Below, piece after piece: positions 1 through 13,900 of a stretch of DNA of 64,000 bases (positions within the stretch are counted from its first letter, which is position 1; each line of letters opens with the position of its first letter). The notes below the pieces were generated by a model that was not told the origin of the DNA, searched no databases, and saw only the letters and a list, made by a program, of their open reading frames with translations. Position numbers and translations under genes: made by a program. Origin of the DNA: Harriotta raleighana (Eukaryota); assembly GCA_050575255.1 (NCBI GenBank), contig JBNZDD010013726.1, positions 1,900,409-1,964,408 of the forward strand. Reading direction: 5' to 3'.

Positions 1-284
1 CCTTCTGATGTGAAAGGAGCTATACTTATTTCAGCAGTGTGATGCTGCCATCCCTCAGGACAATTACGTTTCTACTTGCAAGTGAAAAATCTGCACCAGT
101 GGCAAAAAAGAAATGTTAAAAATATCCATTGATAGTAACTCTTCATTGTACCCCCAAACACACCATTATTTCATGCTGTACTTGCCTAGCAATGACTTTG
201 AAGGCCTGACCATGGAGGGCTTTAAAAATGACCCAAGGAAACTTGCTGTCTCTGGAAGCAGCACTAATTTCTGTTGCTCTATCT

Positions 285-425
285 AAGGTGACACTCCAAT
301 GCAGTGCTGGGTGTGCTGTAATCGTGGAGGTCGCACCTTTAGGATGAACTGTTAAACCAAGGCCCAACTTACCTATTCAGGGGATGTTAAAGATCTATGT
401 CACAACCTGGAAAGAGTAGGGACAC
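285..425 (+). mobile_element. Old Deu-domain SINE fragment (AmnSINE1/SacSINE1-like)
   Basis: GACACTCCAATGCAGTGCTG..GGATGAACTGTTAAACCAAGGCCC..GATGTTAAAGATC resembles the Deu domain; other degraded pieces at ~7100-7290 (-) and ~9560-9850 (-). Confidence 0.55.
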
Positions 426-3142
426 AGATACTCAATCCAGCTGATACTGAAAACATTGAAACCTGATGTCATTCAGACAGAGAATGCAACTCAGAGATCA
501 ACTGTGCTGCTGAGATCAACCTGTTTCAGGGTCATTTGGCAAATGCATTGTAATGTTCAGTTGAATAACATGGTAGTTTCGATAAATTAGTGAAACCTTA
601 GCCCTTCAATGTGTTGACAGTGGAAATGTATACACTAGTCATACAAATTCCTGAACTGATTTTATTATGGTTCTAGTAAATTAAGATAGTGTTGGATTAT
701 ATTAAATAGTGAGAGCATTGAAGATGGCTGATTTCTCATTTATTTTACTACAGGAAGCAGAAATCAATTTAGCTATATGTGTCATGTATTTAAAGAGCTC
801 TGTTTTTTAAAAAACAACCTTAGACTTAATTGGTGGTCGAATTTCTCACCTCTAGGGTAAACCTATTACTGTATGTATATAAAAGACTCAATTTGTAAGA
901 AATCATTCATTTCACACCTCATTTGGCTAATCAGTTTATTTTTAATAGTTCAGAAAGATTCACAATTTCCATCAGGTGAATTAATATTAAAGTTATCAGA
1001 ATTCTATTTGGGCGATTCAGATTCCATTGACTGTATCCAGAATTAGACCATCATTCACTACTCTAATCAACTTTGCTGAACATTGGTCCAGACATTCATG
1101 GTAGGATTTTCCAATAAACATAGCACATGCACTTATTACTCATAAGAAATGATGGGATCACTATATCATTCATATTACAGCATCACTGCATAAATAGCAG
1201 TTTGGTATTTACATTTCATATCCTGTTGAGGTACACACATCAAGGCTTTCTTTCCCCTAAAGCCATGAGTCTTAGACTAACTGGCATCTCATTCAGTGTT
1301 TTAATTTATTTTTAAAAGCCTTCCATCCAGGTCTTTCTACAGAGAACAACTGTAAAAGGTACCATAGCATTTCATAGACTGCATTTTATACCTACATCTT
1401 ATCCACAGGATTGTGCGGACTAGAATGGGTTTACCAGAGGTAAATTTTGTGTGAATTACTTTTCCTGGAATCCAATCCTTCCTTTGTGCGATTGGGTTGC
1501 ACATTAGAGGAATAGTCCATTTAACTAGTTACACCTGTTCTATCACTGTACAAGAATATGGAACAATCATACCAGTTAGTGACTATAAATCTCTGGTTCT
1601 CAGGATTCTTATGGTGTAATTAAGAGATCTGTCAACTACAAAGAATAGGACAATATGTAAGATAGTAGACACTCTCTGAATTGGAGCATCTCAAAAGAAT
1701 TAGTTATGAAAGGAAGATTTTTTTAAAAAAGTCAGAAATACAAAATAATTCTGGACAGCTGCATAGAGAAGCTTCAGGGACAGAAGAGGGTTGGGGAAAT
1801 TAAAAAGTTCAATGAGAAGCAGCTGCTGCTTGAATCATGAGTAAACAACTTTGCCATAAGTTAACTCAATGCTGTAATTTATTGAAATGGAAAATATTGC
1901 ACATCCTGTTTCCAAGCCTCTGCCTAACATAGAAACTAATTGAATAAAATTTGATTTCCATATGCTTATGTGACTGAACAAAATATGGCAATACAGAAAA
2001 TTATATAGAATTGCCCTTTTACTGATGTTTGCAGCCACAGAAGTTTTGGTGGAATAAAAAGAATAGAACATTATACTGTACTCCGTCCAGTCGCATTGCT
2101 CTGACCAAGTCACTGATGAAAGTTCTAAATGCCAAGTCATGTCTTCAGATTTTGGCTGTTGGTGTTTTGCATCATACATGAAAGTTCATGTGGCTTTTAC
2201 GACAAGATAAAACATGTAGTTCTTTCAAGCAACCAGAAGATGTTAATTTCTAGTGAAAAGTTAACATACTTTCAGCAGTTTCTTTCACATCAGTTAAAAT
2301 GTCAATTCCAATTCAATTCACCAATCTATGTCAAAGAAACCTAAATTGAACGTAAATTAAAATAACTGATTTAAGCACATTATCTCGGAAGCGAAAAATT
2401 GCCTGAAGCAAATTAGTTTGGGAAATGGTTTTGTTTATCATTGAAAGGTTTGTCTTTGAAGCCAATTTCAGAACGTGCATAACTGTAAATAGTTATTTTG
2501 CGGGGAGGGGTAACAAACTATTTGCTGTATTCAGTGGGCAGCATCAAAAAAGAAAAGCATCCAACTGAACAGTGCATTTTGAAACATTTTGTTGATTCCA
2601 GTATGCAGAACTCAAGAAAGATATTGAACACTAAACAGTAAATTATTCTCATCTTTGAAGTACACTTGTTTCTTGTATTAAAATGAGTCACTACTGCCTA
2701 CATTAGTATTGTATTCTGAGTCATAAATTTCTTCCAAACACCACATAAATTTGTGAAATGCTTCTGTACATGTCCAAGCTAGGTATAGAGTACAGCATAA
2801 ATTACAGTTCCTGCAATTGATTTATATTTTCTGATTCAAGGACTTGTGCACATTATTTTGCTCACTGAATAATGGTGTTTATCTCCAACTCAAGCAACAA
2901 CTGCACATACCTCTTGCCTATTTTGTCCAGCAAATACAGCACTGATAAATGCATTAAATCAGCCTCAGTTTAGCAGTTCATAAAATTAGAAATTGCTCCT
3001 TCTGACATGCTCTCAGTGACATTTCGAACAGCCCTCTCAAGCCTGCCACTGTTTGGAACTACAGTTGTGCTTTCAATCACAAGCTTCAATGTAAACTTTG
3101 AAATGATTGTACATCATTTTATTATTCCAGCAACAATCTTAC

Positions 3143-3218
3143 CTTTTGTAACAGTGTTTAAAAGCAGAATGGCATTCCAGACTAGGAGCTGGAGTTTTAT
3201 CTTGTTTTGAATATCCAT
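3143..3218 (-). CDS. VSIR: Probable first coding (signal-peptide) exon of nested VSIR/VISTA, MDIQNKIKLQLLVWNAILLLNTVTK(G)
   Basis: ATG at 3218, 25 codons +1 nt, strong AAG|GTAAGA donor; basic then hydrophobic, like a signal peptide; lies antisense about 4.5 kb upstream of the CDH23 exon-39 equivalent, where mammalian VSIR exon 1 sits. Identity rests on synteny, not protein similarity. Confidence 0.62.
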
Positions 3219-3284
3219 TTGGTTTTCTTATCTGAATTATCCTTTCTTCATCTGCTAACTTTTTGTGCAAGAAGTCGAATAAAC

Positions 3285-3362
3285 CGATATTTCCTGTGTG
3301 GAGCCTTGACTCTGCAAATGTTATTTGTCAGAAAGAGGCTTGAAACTGAAGGAGGCGGGCCA
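3285..3362 (-). promoter_or_regulatory. Candidate promoter elements upstream of the putative VSIR exon 1
   Basis: ETS-type ACAGGAAAT (minus strand, ~3289-3297) and GC box GGAGGCGGGC (3351-3360) in otherwise AT-rich DNA. Confidence 0.3.
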
Positions 3363-4515
3363 GTATTTACTTACTTTAATTGGTCTCAGTGACTGCCATG
3401 AGCTATTCCAGCAAATAGTAATGGATTTGCAGGAGATAGAAGACTTAAGTTGATTTCTCCTCCCTTCCCAATCACTGTGGACAGATGTTCTGCTCCCGGC
3501 TTTTCCTCCAGTGCAAAAATCTGCAATTGTTCTAACCGCTGTACAGTGTATAAAGAATCACAAAATGTGTTGTGGAGAAGAAAGCTTTAATACTATGCAT
3601 TATGTTATAATACTTCATGAATACAGTAAAACAGATACAAGTCTGATCTATATTAGTCGTCAATCTGCTCAAATAATGTTCAAGAGTTTATACTTTATGT
3701 GAGTTTGACATAAGTCACATTAAATGTATGATACCAACTGACAAAAATGTGAGGTTTCTTGTACACATTTTGCCCCTTTGTATTTTTCTGTATTGTATAC
3801 ACCCAGGACTGTTGTTTTGTATCACTGCAGTACTGTATTATGCAATATATATGAGACTGTAATCTCATTGAATCCTTTAGAAAATAATCAGCAGACACGT
3901 TTGGTAGTATTCTCACCTCTGAGTCAGAAGGTTATGGGTTCAAGGCCCACGTTGATACTTTGAACTCCTGTTGACCTTGAATACCAAAGATGCAGTATTT
4001 GGAAGTTAAAATACAAACATCAACTTCCACAAAGCGACAGCTCAATGATTACATTGAAGTTTGCTTTCCATATTAATGGAACCGTTGAGACAAACAACAA
4101 AATTACATTTATATTGTGGAACAAAAAAGCAGCTTCTGTGACAATTCCCACTGGAGTTAGCAGCATTTACATGAGTGTCGCCAACTTCAGCAGCATGTGG
4201 CGTTTTACTCCCCATCTACAACTGCTTCCCTGACTCCTGCAAAATGTGGGATTTTATGGATATTACATTGCAGAGGCTTTAATTAATTAAGGTGAATATT
4301 GCTCCAAAGATCCCTCTTGATCATCTGTCAATACAAGCTTTCCATTCTTTATCAGCCTGAATGTTGATGCCTGGGATTGGATTCTAAATCCGCTGCCATG
4401 GTTCAGACTTTAGCGAGATGCACACAATTATCGAGCAGCTACTTTTCTTAACAGCTCTTCGTTCCTTTCTGTTCTCAACAATGGACTAGCAATTTACTGA
4501 CTGTATCGAGCCATT

Positions 4516-4845
4516 GTGGAGCTCCTGTGGCTCAGTGGTTAGAGCACTCGCCTTACATGCCTTACAAGCATGAGGCCTGTGTTCGAATCCAAGCAGATCA
4601 GGGCGAAACCTTGGGCAAGTTTCCTTACTCCACATGATAATAATCCCTCCAAAAAAACTACAATAATAAAATTGGTCATTTTCAATCCACGACTGTTTGT
4701 GGGACACTGTTGTGCGCAATTGGCTGCCGCGTTTCGCCCACAAATATACAGTCAATTCACTTTACAGTATATTCTGTGAAGCGCTTTGGGACGTTGATAA
4801 GATGTGAAAAGCGCTATATCAAAATGCAAGGATTATTATTATTAT
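4516..4845 (+). mobile_element. Full-length tRNA-derived SINE with L2-type 3' tail and (ATT)n end
   Basis: Head GTGGCTCAGTGGTTAGAGCACTCGCC...GTTCGAATCC (Pol III A/B boxes); body CTGTTTGTGGGACACTG..GCGCAATTGGCTGCC; tail GAAGCGCTTTGGGACG..GCGCTATATCAAAATGCAAGGATTATTATT; many copies in the window. Confidence 0.88.
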
Positions 4846-5164
4846 AAGAAATCTACTTCTTTGTGGAGATGCTTTTATTCTTGATGCTGATATTAAAAAA
4901 GCAATACACTGTACATATCCATAAACAACTGTACTATGTATACAGGAGTGATACGTTCTGAAAACTAGATTTCTTGCTTTAGTGGTCTGGAGGAATGGGT
5001 TACTTGTTTCTGATGGCAAAGAACTTTCAAAGTCAAATTTGTTGACAGTGATGTCAAACTTCCTAGGCTGAAACTTCAGAATAAGACAAATGACTGTGCA
5101 CAGTAGGGAATCCATTTGGGAATCCAGTACTTTTCTGAGTCTTGTAATTATAATACAGGAATAG

Positions 5165-5370
5165 CAATCCTTGCATTTGATATCGTGCTTTTCACATCTT
5201 CTAGATGTCTAAAAGTGCTTCACAGAATATACTGTAAAATGAATTGGCAGTATATTTGTGGGTGAAAAGCGGCAGCCAATTGCACCCAGCAGTGTCCCAC
5301 AAACAATTGTGGATTGAAACGACCAATTTGTTATTGTTTTTTCTCTTTTGAGGGATTATTATCAGGCATG
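5165..5370 (-). mobile_element. Same SINE family, 5'-truncated copy
   Basis: Reverse complement of the body and tail of 4516-4845. Confidence 0.8.
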
Positions 5371-6099
5371 TGTATAAATGTATTTGTAGGGTTCCATTCC
5401 ACTACCACCAGCCGCAAGGTGTTAATACTTCACTGATCCTAGTCTTCTATACTACAAATTTTTTTGTAGAGTTTGGCTCATCAATGCATAGTCACAAAAC
5501 TCTAGACATTTTGGAGAAACAAAGAAAGTAAATTATCTATGCATTGGAGTTTTTTTTAATCAAACTTAGAGAAGGGTTCGAACAAAGGCAGATTTGAGAA
5601 AAATATAATTGCTGCCATGAAATCTGACCTCATAATGTTTACTTTATACTTGTGAAGATGCCACTGACTATTTTGCTGTGCACTGGATTCCAATAAATAT
5701 TCAATCTGTTTTGTGCCACCATTTCAAGAAGCATGGGGACCCCATTGTAACAAAGATACAGCAGCTGGTATTACAGTACCACAATGATTTGAATTGCTAA
5801 TTTATACGGTGCTTGATTTAATTAAGTGCTGAACATTTTTTAAAGGAGAATGTACCATAGAATACTGTCAATGTAAAACACACTCAGACAAACTTTGCTT
5901 TTGATGATAAAAAGATATAGTCTAGATTAACTCAATTTTTTTCCTACCTGCTTTCAAATCCCATTTGATTTCCTAACTCCTGTAACAATACCTCTGGTCA
6001 GCACACTTAAATTCTCCTTCCTAATCTCTTATGCGCTTCAAGACATTCATCCTATGTAAACTGTTTTAGTTTAGACTGACTCAGTTCTGATTACAACAA

Positions 6100-6435
6100 C
6101 AGCAACAACAAAATTACATTTATAGAACACTTTTCATGTCGGGAAGATGTCCCAAGCAGAGGGGGAGGGTCAGGGTAGGGGTAATTGGATGGAGAGTAGG
6201 AAAGGGGGGAGAGATAGGAGGGTAGCACAAGGCGCGGTCAAAGAGGAAGGTCTTGAGACCAGCTATGAAGGAGGAAATGGAGGAAGCGAGGCAAAGCGAT
6301 TGTGGGATGTTCCAGAGTGTCGGGGCAGAGAGGCTGAAAGCCTGGCCACCGATAATAGGGGGGTTCGGGCAGGGGACATGAAGCAGGCAAGAGCCCATTG
6401 AATGGAGGGGACGGACAGGCTGATAGGGAGACAGC
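6100..6435 (-). mobile_element. L2 LINE 3' end
   Basis: IGGQAFSLSAPTLWN..LKTFLF ORF2 C-terminus plus a (GTT)n-type tail. Confidence 0.8.
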
Positions 6436-7703
6436 ACAAATATGCTTACTGTATGTTCTGAGACATAGTGTTTATTTTCAAAAGTGTCTGGTTTTACACT
6501 ATTGCGTACACGGCAATATCCAAACAGTCAGTGATGCCTCAAGATTTGCTTTATTTTTTCCTAGTGCACCAGTTTTTTTAATATATATCTATATACATAT
6601 AATTTGTTACCACTTTAGACATTTGCAGACTTTATATATTTCCTTAGATCTGTACGTCAACAGCGCCTCTTAAACTCAGTTGATTGTGTAGCAATAATTT
6701 CCGAGCGAAATCCTGCGCTGCCTTATCCGCTAAGCAAAGGCAGTCCTTTACTGCATCCTCCGCAATGTGAAGAATTATGATTTTTATCTTGTGGGCAATT
6801 TAAGATTGTTGAATGCACACAAATAAATCCTTCACGTAGTCAAAAAGCTAGACATCAGTTCTCATGCTCCTAGAATTGACATTTTGTAACTTTGTCCAGT
6901 GTACTTCAGAGACTACAATTGAATTTCAGCCACAGAAGTAAAATGAAAGATATAATGTTTATTATACCTTACTGTAGCATGAATCAGCTGAAGCATGTGA
7001 TCTTTTATAAATTCGGCTTTAATCAATATAAAGTTGAGGTCCTTCAATGCTGAGCTAGTTAAAGGAGGAATAATAATCCTTGTATTTTAAAATACATTAA
7101 CATTGTAGGCGAATTCAGCAGCTAATTTAACACAGCAATATCCCACAAATAACCATGAAGTGAATTAAATTTAACTGGGGGAATGTTGTCCAGGGCATCT
7201 ATCTGAACAGCATTTTGGTTAATGTCTCATCTAAAGAATAGCATCTCCTATAATGCAGCATTCCTCCAACCTAGACCGAGTTCAAAGTCCCAACATAATA
7301 ATAAATAATAATACTTGCATTTGAAATAGTGCTTTTCACGTCTTCTAGATGTCTCGAAATGCTTCACAGATTATACAGTAACGTGAGTTAACTGTACATT
7401 TGTGGGCTAGCTGCATGGTGTAGAATGGAGTAAATCACTTTCTCAAAGTTGGTTCAAATCATGAAACTTCCAACATATCCATCTGCAACCTGGACATTTA
7501 AAGATTTAGAGCCAATGTTAAACAATGCAGGTATTCATAAACCTATGCACAAACTGTACTTTATACCTACAAACTACTATTACATTGATAAGTAAAATGG
7601 ATGATCCTTCCCCTCTTCCCCCTCCCCCCATGCACACACACGCACAGCAAAAGTGTTAATGTACTTCTGAAGATTAACCTGTAATATTTTACGCTTATTC
7701 CAG

Positions 7704-7925
7704 ACAATGACCATGGTTTTTATAACCATTTTGGATGAGAATGACAACTATCCTGTATTTCGGCAGCAGCTATATGAAATCACTTTGGATGAAGGTCCAC
7801 GTACCTTATATTCGTTCAATATAACGGTGAATGCAACAGATCAAGATGAAGGCCTAAATGGGACTATTAGCTACAGCATATTGGAAGGGAATATTGGTAA
7901 CACATTTGTTATTCACAACACCACA
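7704..7925 (+). CDS. CDH23: CDH23 exon (~39), [19 protein letters not shown]...IHNTT
   Basis: ttccag|ACA...ACA|gtgagt; 222 nt. Confidence 0.95.
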
Positions 7926-10900
7926 GTGAGTATTAATGAATGCAATTGCAATTCAACTTGCAATGAAGAAGCTATTGAGGATTTCACTTGTGTAATAAAA
8001 AATAATAATCCTTGTATTTGATATAGCGCTCTATCATTTCTTCGAGATGGCTCAATGCGCTTCACAGAATATTACTGTAAAGTGAATTGACTTTACTGTC
8101 TGAAAAAGGTCTACATCACCAATACACAAAACTCCACAGTAACGTCCTCTGCCTTCAGCAATTCAGCTCCCTATGCTCTGAGACGCCGTCCGGCGTGGAG
8201 GGCCCTATACAAATTGAAGTTGTTGTTGCTGTTGAACTCAATGGATAGATCTGCTCCTTAAACAACATTTATAATGCGCCTTTCACGTTGGGAGGATATC
8301 CCATTAACCATAAAGTCTCCATAAAGCAATCGGAGATAATGCTTTCCAATAATTAGTATGATATAAATTGCACATTTTTAACTTTTTCGCGTCAAAGTCA
8401 CAAGCACAAGCCACATTAAAAATCAGGAAACTGGAGCTGAAGAGATGCAGGAGGGAGGACAGATGGTGGAGAAGGATGGAGTGAGATCATTAAGAGTTTT
8501 GGTCCTTTAGTTTTTGTGTTATTTTTGAAAAAATGTTTTGTTTTTTCAGCAGGGCTAAGTGGTGACATTGATTGAAATTATTTCAGAATTTCTGTTGATT
8601 TAATGAGGAAGCTTATGTTTGCTGTGTCTGGCCATTTCATAGCTGAGAATTACAGCTTTTTTACTGTTTAGAAATTAAGACTCTTTTTAAAGCTACAGCT
8701 CAGTCGTCACCACCACCATCACCACCACCACCCAACTGCCTCTCCCTGTGGTTTCACTGTGCTCATGGTCCTTTCTCAAGTTTTGAAGTTAATTGTATAG
8801 TGGGCGATGGCATTAACAGTGCCAAGTAAATCAATACTCTTGTCATCTTTGCTAGATTGCAGCTCAGTTGCACTGCCAAGTAGAGGTTGGGGACACCACT
8901 GGGGAGAGAAGCAAAATTAGACCGTGAGCTCCATCCAGCCTACTCATACTTGTCCCCTGCTGCTGAGCAAGGCAATTGGCATCAAAGCACACATGGGGCA
9001 ATCTTGCTTCTGAACTGCAAATGATGTGTGTCCAGTATGGGACCCAATTCAGCAATAGGATAATTAGCAATTGACCTCTCTATGCCCTAGATCACTGTCC
9101 AGCTGCTGCTGGAATTTGCATGTTTGAGAACCACAAAATGATCGTTGGATCAGAAGGAAAAAAAGTGGTTAAACATTTTCATATGGGGTCTGACCGAATC
9201 ACTCATGCTCATACAAGCAGTTATTTTGTTTCCTCTCTAGGGTCTGATCAAGGCAATAAAAGAATTGGACTACGAGATAAGCCACGGACGCTACACTCTG
9301 ATTGTCACAGCCATAGACCAGTGCTCAGATCGAGAGCGACGCCTCACATCCACGACTACAGTGAGTCTTTTGCCATAAAGGAAGCAGATGGCAAAAATTC
9401 TGTAAGACTTGCAACAGATCTGCTCAGCGTTAACTGAAACAGTCTGAAAGTATTTTTTTGGGGTTCCCAAACCATCCCTTCATCTTAAAGACATTTTTTA
9501 CATATTCTTCCCTCTGGCCTTCCTGATCTTAATGTTACTAATGTGCCTACATTTGAGGCACTTTATTTAGACGCAAACACAGCAGAAAATGTTTTGCAAA
9601 CAAATGTCGCCCAAAACATCCATGAAGTGAATGATTAATTTTATTGGAGGATTGTTCCCCGGTGAACAATCCTCCAATAAAATTAATCATTCACTTCATG
9701 GATGTTTTGGGCGACATTTGTCACCCAAAATTCTCCTCTCTTTTTGAATAACGTCATGGGATCTTTAACATCCCCCTGACCAGAAAGTGTGAGCTCAAAC
9801 GTTTGAAGTAGGTCTTGCCCTTACAACCTTATGACTCCGTATAAACTTCTGACTGTAGTCTTGTTAATTGAGAGCACCTTGTATGCAGAAAAATACAGTG
9901 CTTTGAAAGCTACAAAGAAAATGTTTGCTTTGTGTAGAACATATTGCTCTTGTGAGGCGAGTTGTTGACCACACTTGAATCATTGACCTCATTAAGCATC
10001 ATTTTGCAGGTTATACATCCTATTGATCTTTTCATTATTGCTTCAACTTTATACCTAACTCAGTCTCTGGACAAGCCTTTAGATCACCAATATGATACAC
10101 TATATTATCTGTTCTACTCCATATTCCAATTTGTCTATGCCAACGGTTTCTCTTCCAGCTTCCGCACCATCTTGTGCAGTGTTCCTCAGGGCTCTGTCCT
10201 CAGTCCCCTCCTCTTCAATCTCTACATGCTCCCCTTTAGTGACATTATCCATAGACATGGGGTAAATTTCCACATGTACGCAGATGACGCCCAACTCCAT
10301 CTCTCTGCCTCCATCGTTGATTCAAGGAATACTGGTGTCCTGATGGACTGCCTGTCAGACATTCAAATCCTGGATGAGAGACAACTTTCTACAGCTGAAA
10401 GTCAGCAAGACCAAGGGCCTTCTGATAGGTCTCCGCACCTCAGGCACTGGCAGCATCAGCATCCAAGGATGCACACTCCACCTCACCAAGGCAGTCAGAA
10501 TCCTGGGTGTCTTGTTTGAACTGAACTGTCCTTTCCATGCCATGACCAGCTCCGCCTTCCACCACCTCCGACATCGCCCGACTCCACCACTGCCTCACAC
10601 CTCAGGCCACAGAAACATTCACACACGGGTTTTCATCTCAAGGCTCAACTATGGCAACTTCTTTCTTGGCAGCCTCCCTAATTCTTCCCTCCACAAGCTG
10701 CAAATCATCCAAAACTGCAGCTTGTGTCTTCTCCCACACTAGGATCCATGACCCCATCATCTCCACCCTCGTCCTCCTCCACTGGCTCCCCATTCCTCAA
10801 AGGATAGAATTCAAGATCCTTGCCCTCACTTTCAAGGACCATCCAGGTCTTGCCCCCTCCTACCTCTCTGATCTTCTAACCCCCTATCAACCTCTCTAGA

Positions 10901-13900
10901 GTTCATCAGGCTCTGGCCTGCTCCATGTCTCCTGCCCCTCCCGGCCTACTATCGTTGGAAGGGCTTTCAGCCTCTCTGCTGAAAGCAGTAACCAATTTTT
11001 GTTTTATTTTTCTGGAGGGATTATCATCAAGCATGTGGAGTAAAGAAAGTTGCTCAAAGTTTTGCCCTGGCTGGGAAACAAACCCAGTTCTCTCGCTTGC
11101 AAGGCGAGTGCTCTAACCACTGAGCTGCTGGCCTCTACAAAGAATTTAATGAATCCCAGGCATGCGTTTCCATCTGCTCTAGTTTTTTCAATGTCAGAAC
11201 TCTTAAACTAGACCTTTCAAATATGGGTTAAACTGTAAAGCTTTCTTTTTCTGTTGTAGGTGGTGGTCAATGTGAATGATATCAATGATGTGACGCCAAC
11301 CTTTGCTCGTTCATATGAAGGTCCATTTGACATTACTGAGGGCCAGCCGGGTCCAAGGGTGTGGACTTTCATCGCAGCAGATAAAGACGCTGGCCCAAAT
11401 GGGCAAGTAGAATACAGTGTCATAGCAGGGGATCCTCTCAGTAAGTATGAGAGAAGCAAGTAGTATACAACTTGCTGTTGCTGAGGTCCAGTTACCTTCA
11501 CAAACATTCACAAGAAAAAATACTAGTATCACAGCTAAACAGTGAATAGCAGGATTTATTTATCTCTATGAAAATGATAGTGCTTTTTTTAAGGATTCCA
11601 CTCAAGCAAAACAAATCTATGTGACATTGAAATGAGCGGTATCACCACAACCTTGTTATTATGCTGGCTGCTCATTATCATTATCACTGTCATTTTAAAA
11701 AATCTTGCTGAAAGGAGCATTGAATTGTATCCAGATCACTCGAAGAAACATTCTCGTGCTTGTGAAATGTAGTCAGCAGCATAAATTGATACTAGTTAAT
11801 CCTGACTTGAACAAACTTTAATCAAACCTAAATCATCCCTGTGGTGTAGGAAGAAGCTAATTGGCTAACTTTAGCCCACATCATTCTACCGTGCCTGATG
11901 CTGTTGTCATGTGAAAAGGCATAAAAGAGAATATTTTAAAAATAGTTTTGTGCTGTGAAACTTTTAAAGAGTTAACAATTATCCATTATTTGAAACTTTA
12001 CAGCTCCTGTCTTTGTGTATACGTGTGTGTGTGTGTGTGCGTGTGTGTGTGTGTGCTGGAGGGGCGTTGTAAGAATTAACTGGAAATGTAAAGAAACTCT
12101 TAAGTACATCAGTAAGGATAATTTCAAACTAAATTCAACTGAAGGAAAAAATGCTGGAGGACTTTTTATATCTTTATTATGCATAATTATGTGCAATTTT
12201 CTTCCAGAGACACTTCAGAGACAATGAATATATTTTGAAATTCATTTTTTAAATCATTAATTTTTTAAAATTAAAAGTAGACTTTGAAGTTCTAACCATG
12301 AATACAGATCTCCTGAGCCCACAGTAAGATTATTTTCACTTGTTAACGAAAGACTATAAAGCCAAACTATCACAGACTGAGCTCATTATAACAAATATTA
12401 TTGTCTCGTGGTGGGTCTCTGTATTGTGATTCATTGATCATCAAAGATTTATTCTAGAGCCATAATAACTCAAATTAGCATTCCTTCGAATTTTAATGAT
12501 GAGTTTACCTCTGATAGAGGTTTGGGAACTAACGCCCTAACTCTAACCCTGGGGGATTCTCTCATAATTGTAGCAAGGTTACAAAATAGCAGAAGTTTGA
12601 TGATCGTCTTTAAGACAACAGGCACAAAATTGGGAATATTATTGAATAATAATAATCCTTGCAGTTTACTTTGAAGTGACTTTTCCTGTAAAGTAACTAC
12701 ATACATATAGGCAAAATGAAAAAGGTGATCTGGGCAGAATGCATTGTTTGAGTTTGGAAGTAGGCATTTACATTCGTGCAAAGGAATGTTTCCATGTTGT
12801 AGAGATAATGTCTACTTAATTGAAATACATTACTTACATAGTTTGTTTTCCGTACAGATGAGTTTATCATTTCCCCAGTGGATGGGGAACTTCGTGTGAA
12901 AAGAGATGCTGAGTTGGATCGAGAGACTGTTTCATTTTATAACATAACTATTATGGGAAAAGACAGAGGAACACCATCACTGAGCAGTACGGTCAGTTCT
13001 TACTCCATTAATACTCTCAGTTTCATATTTAAGCCTACACTTCATTCACTTGCATCTGACATCGAATCACAAATAATCATTAATGGACTTCAGCTTATCC
13101 TTAATTGATCTGTGCAACTGTATTCTTTGATTGGCCTTAATTGGGTATCAATATACTGTGCAATGTAGACCCTTTATCGCTGTCCTTCAGTCATAATTTC
13201 TGATAATGGTTACTCTGTTAGCTCCTTAGGATCTGCTCCTTGGGATATAATGATGCTTTATTTTACTGAAGTTGAGTTGAAGTTTAACCCATAACAAGTT
13301 ACTTGTTGTAGAATTGCCCCCGTTGTTTCACGGGTTCCTGGTCATTCCTCAATCCGCTCTCCTGCCCAAAAGAACAAAAACAACAAAATTACATTTGTAT
13401 GTACATTGTGCAAAAGAAATGTGCTGGTAACCAGTAAAGCCAAGTTTCAAGAGATTTTCAGTCTAGTCTACTATCATTTACAATTTATAAATAGTGCTTT
13501 GTCTCAGAAAATGCAGATCATATATCCCTTCCATCTTTATATCCTACATCACTCCATTTAATTCATTTTGTGTTCCTACCAAACAAAAAACAATTATGCA
13601 AATTTACAAATGTCCACTGCTGAGACGAAAGCTGTAACTAAATGGGTTATATCTGCTGATTAAATATTTGGGCTAATAACGTGTATCACAGGTGCTATTT
13701 GATTGCATTATTGGTTTGGGGTTAACTGCCAGCCATGTGTTGTTCTGCACCTTTATAATTCTGTTCCCCGGAAAGATGTTCTCAATTGTTGACATGTTTG
13801 TTGCTAATGAGCGCACATAAACCAATACCTTAAATTATCATGCGACACAAAAACAATTTGTGGGGGGGAAATGTGTTGATCAATGTGAAGATTTCAGTTA

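Noticed and set aside
4516-4600. tRNA-like sequences (also at 11060-11137, 27245-27310, 44990-45060 and 48007-48070)
   Set aside because: They are SINE heads continuous with the SINE body, with degenerate stems, not functional tRNA genes.
9962-10899. Reverse-transcriptase ORFs as an active or domesticated gene
   Set aside because: Truncated and frameshifted across three frames; an ordinary dead L2 copy.
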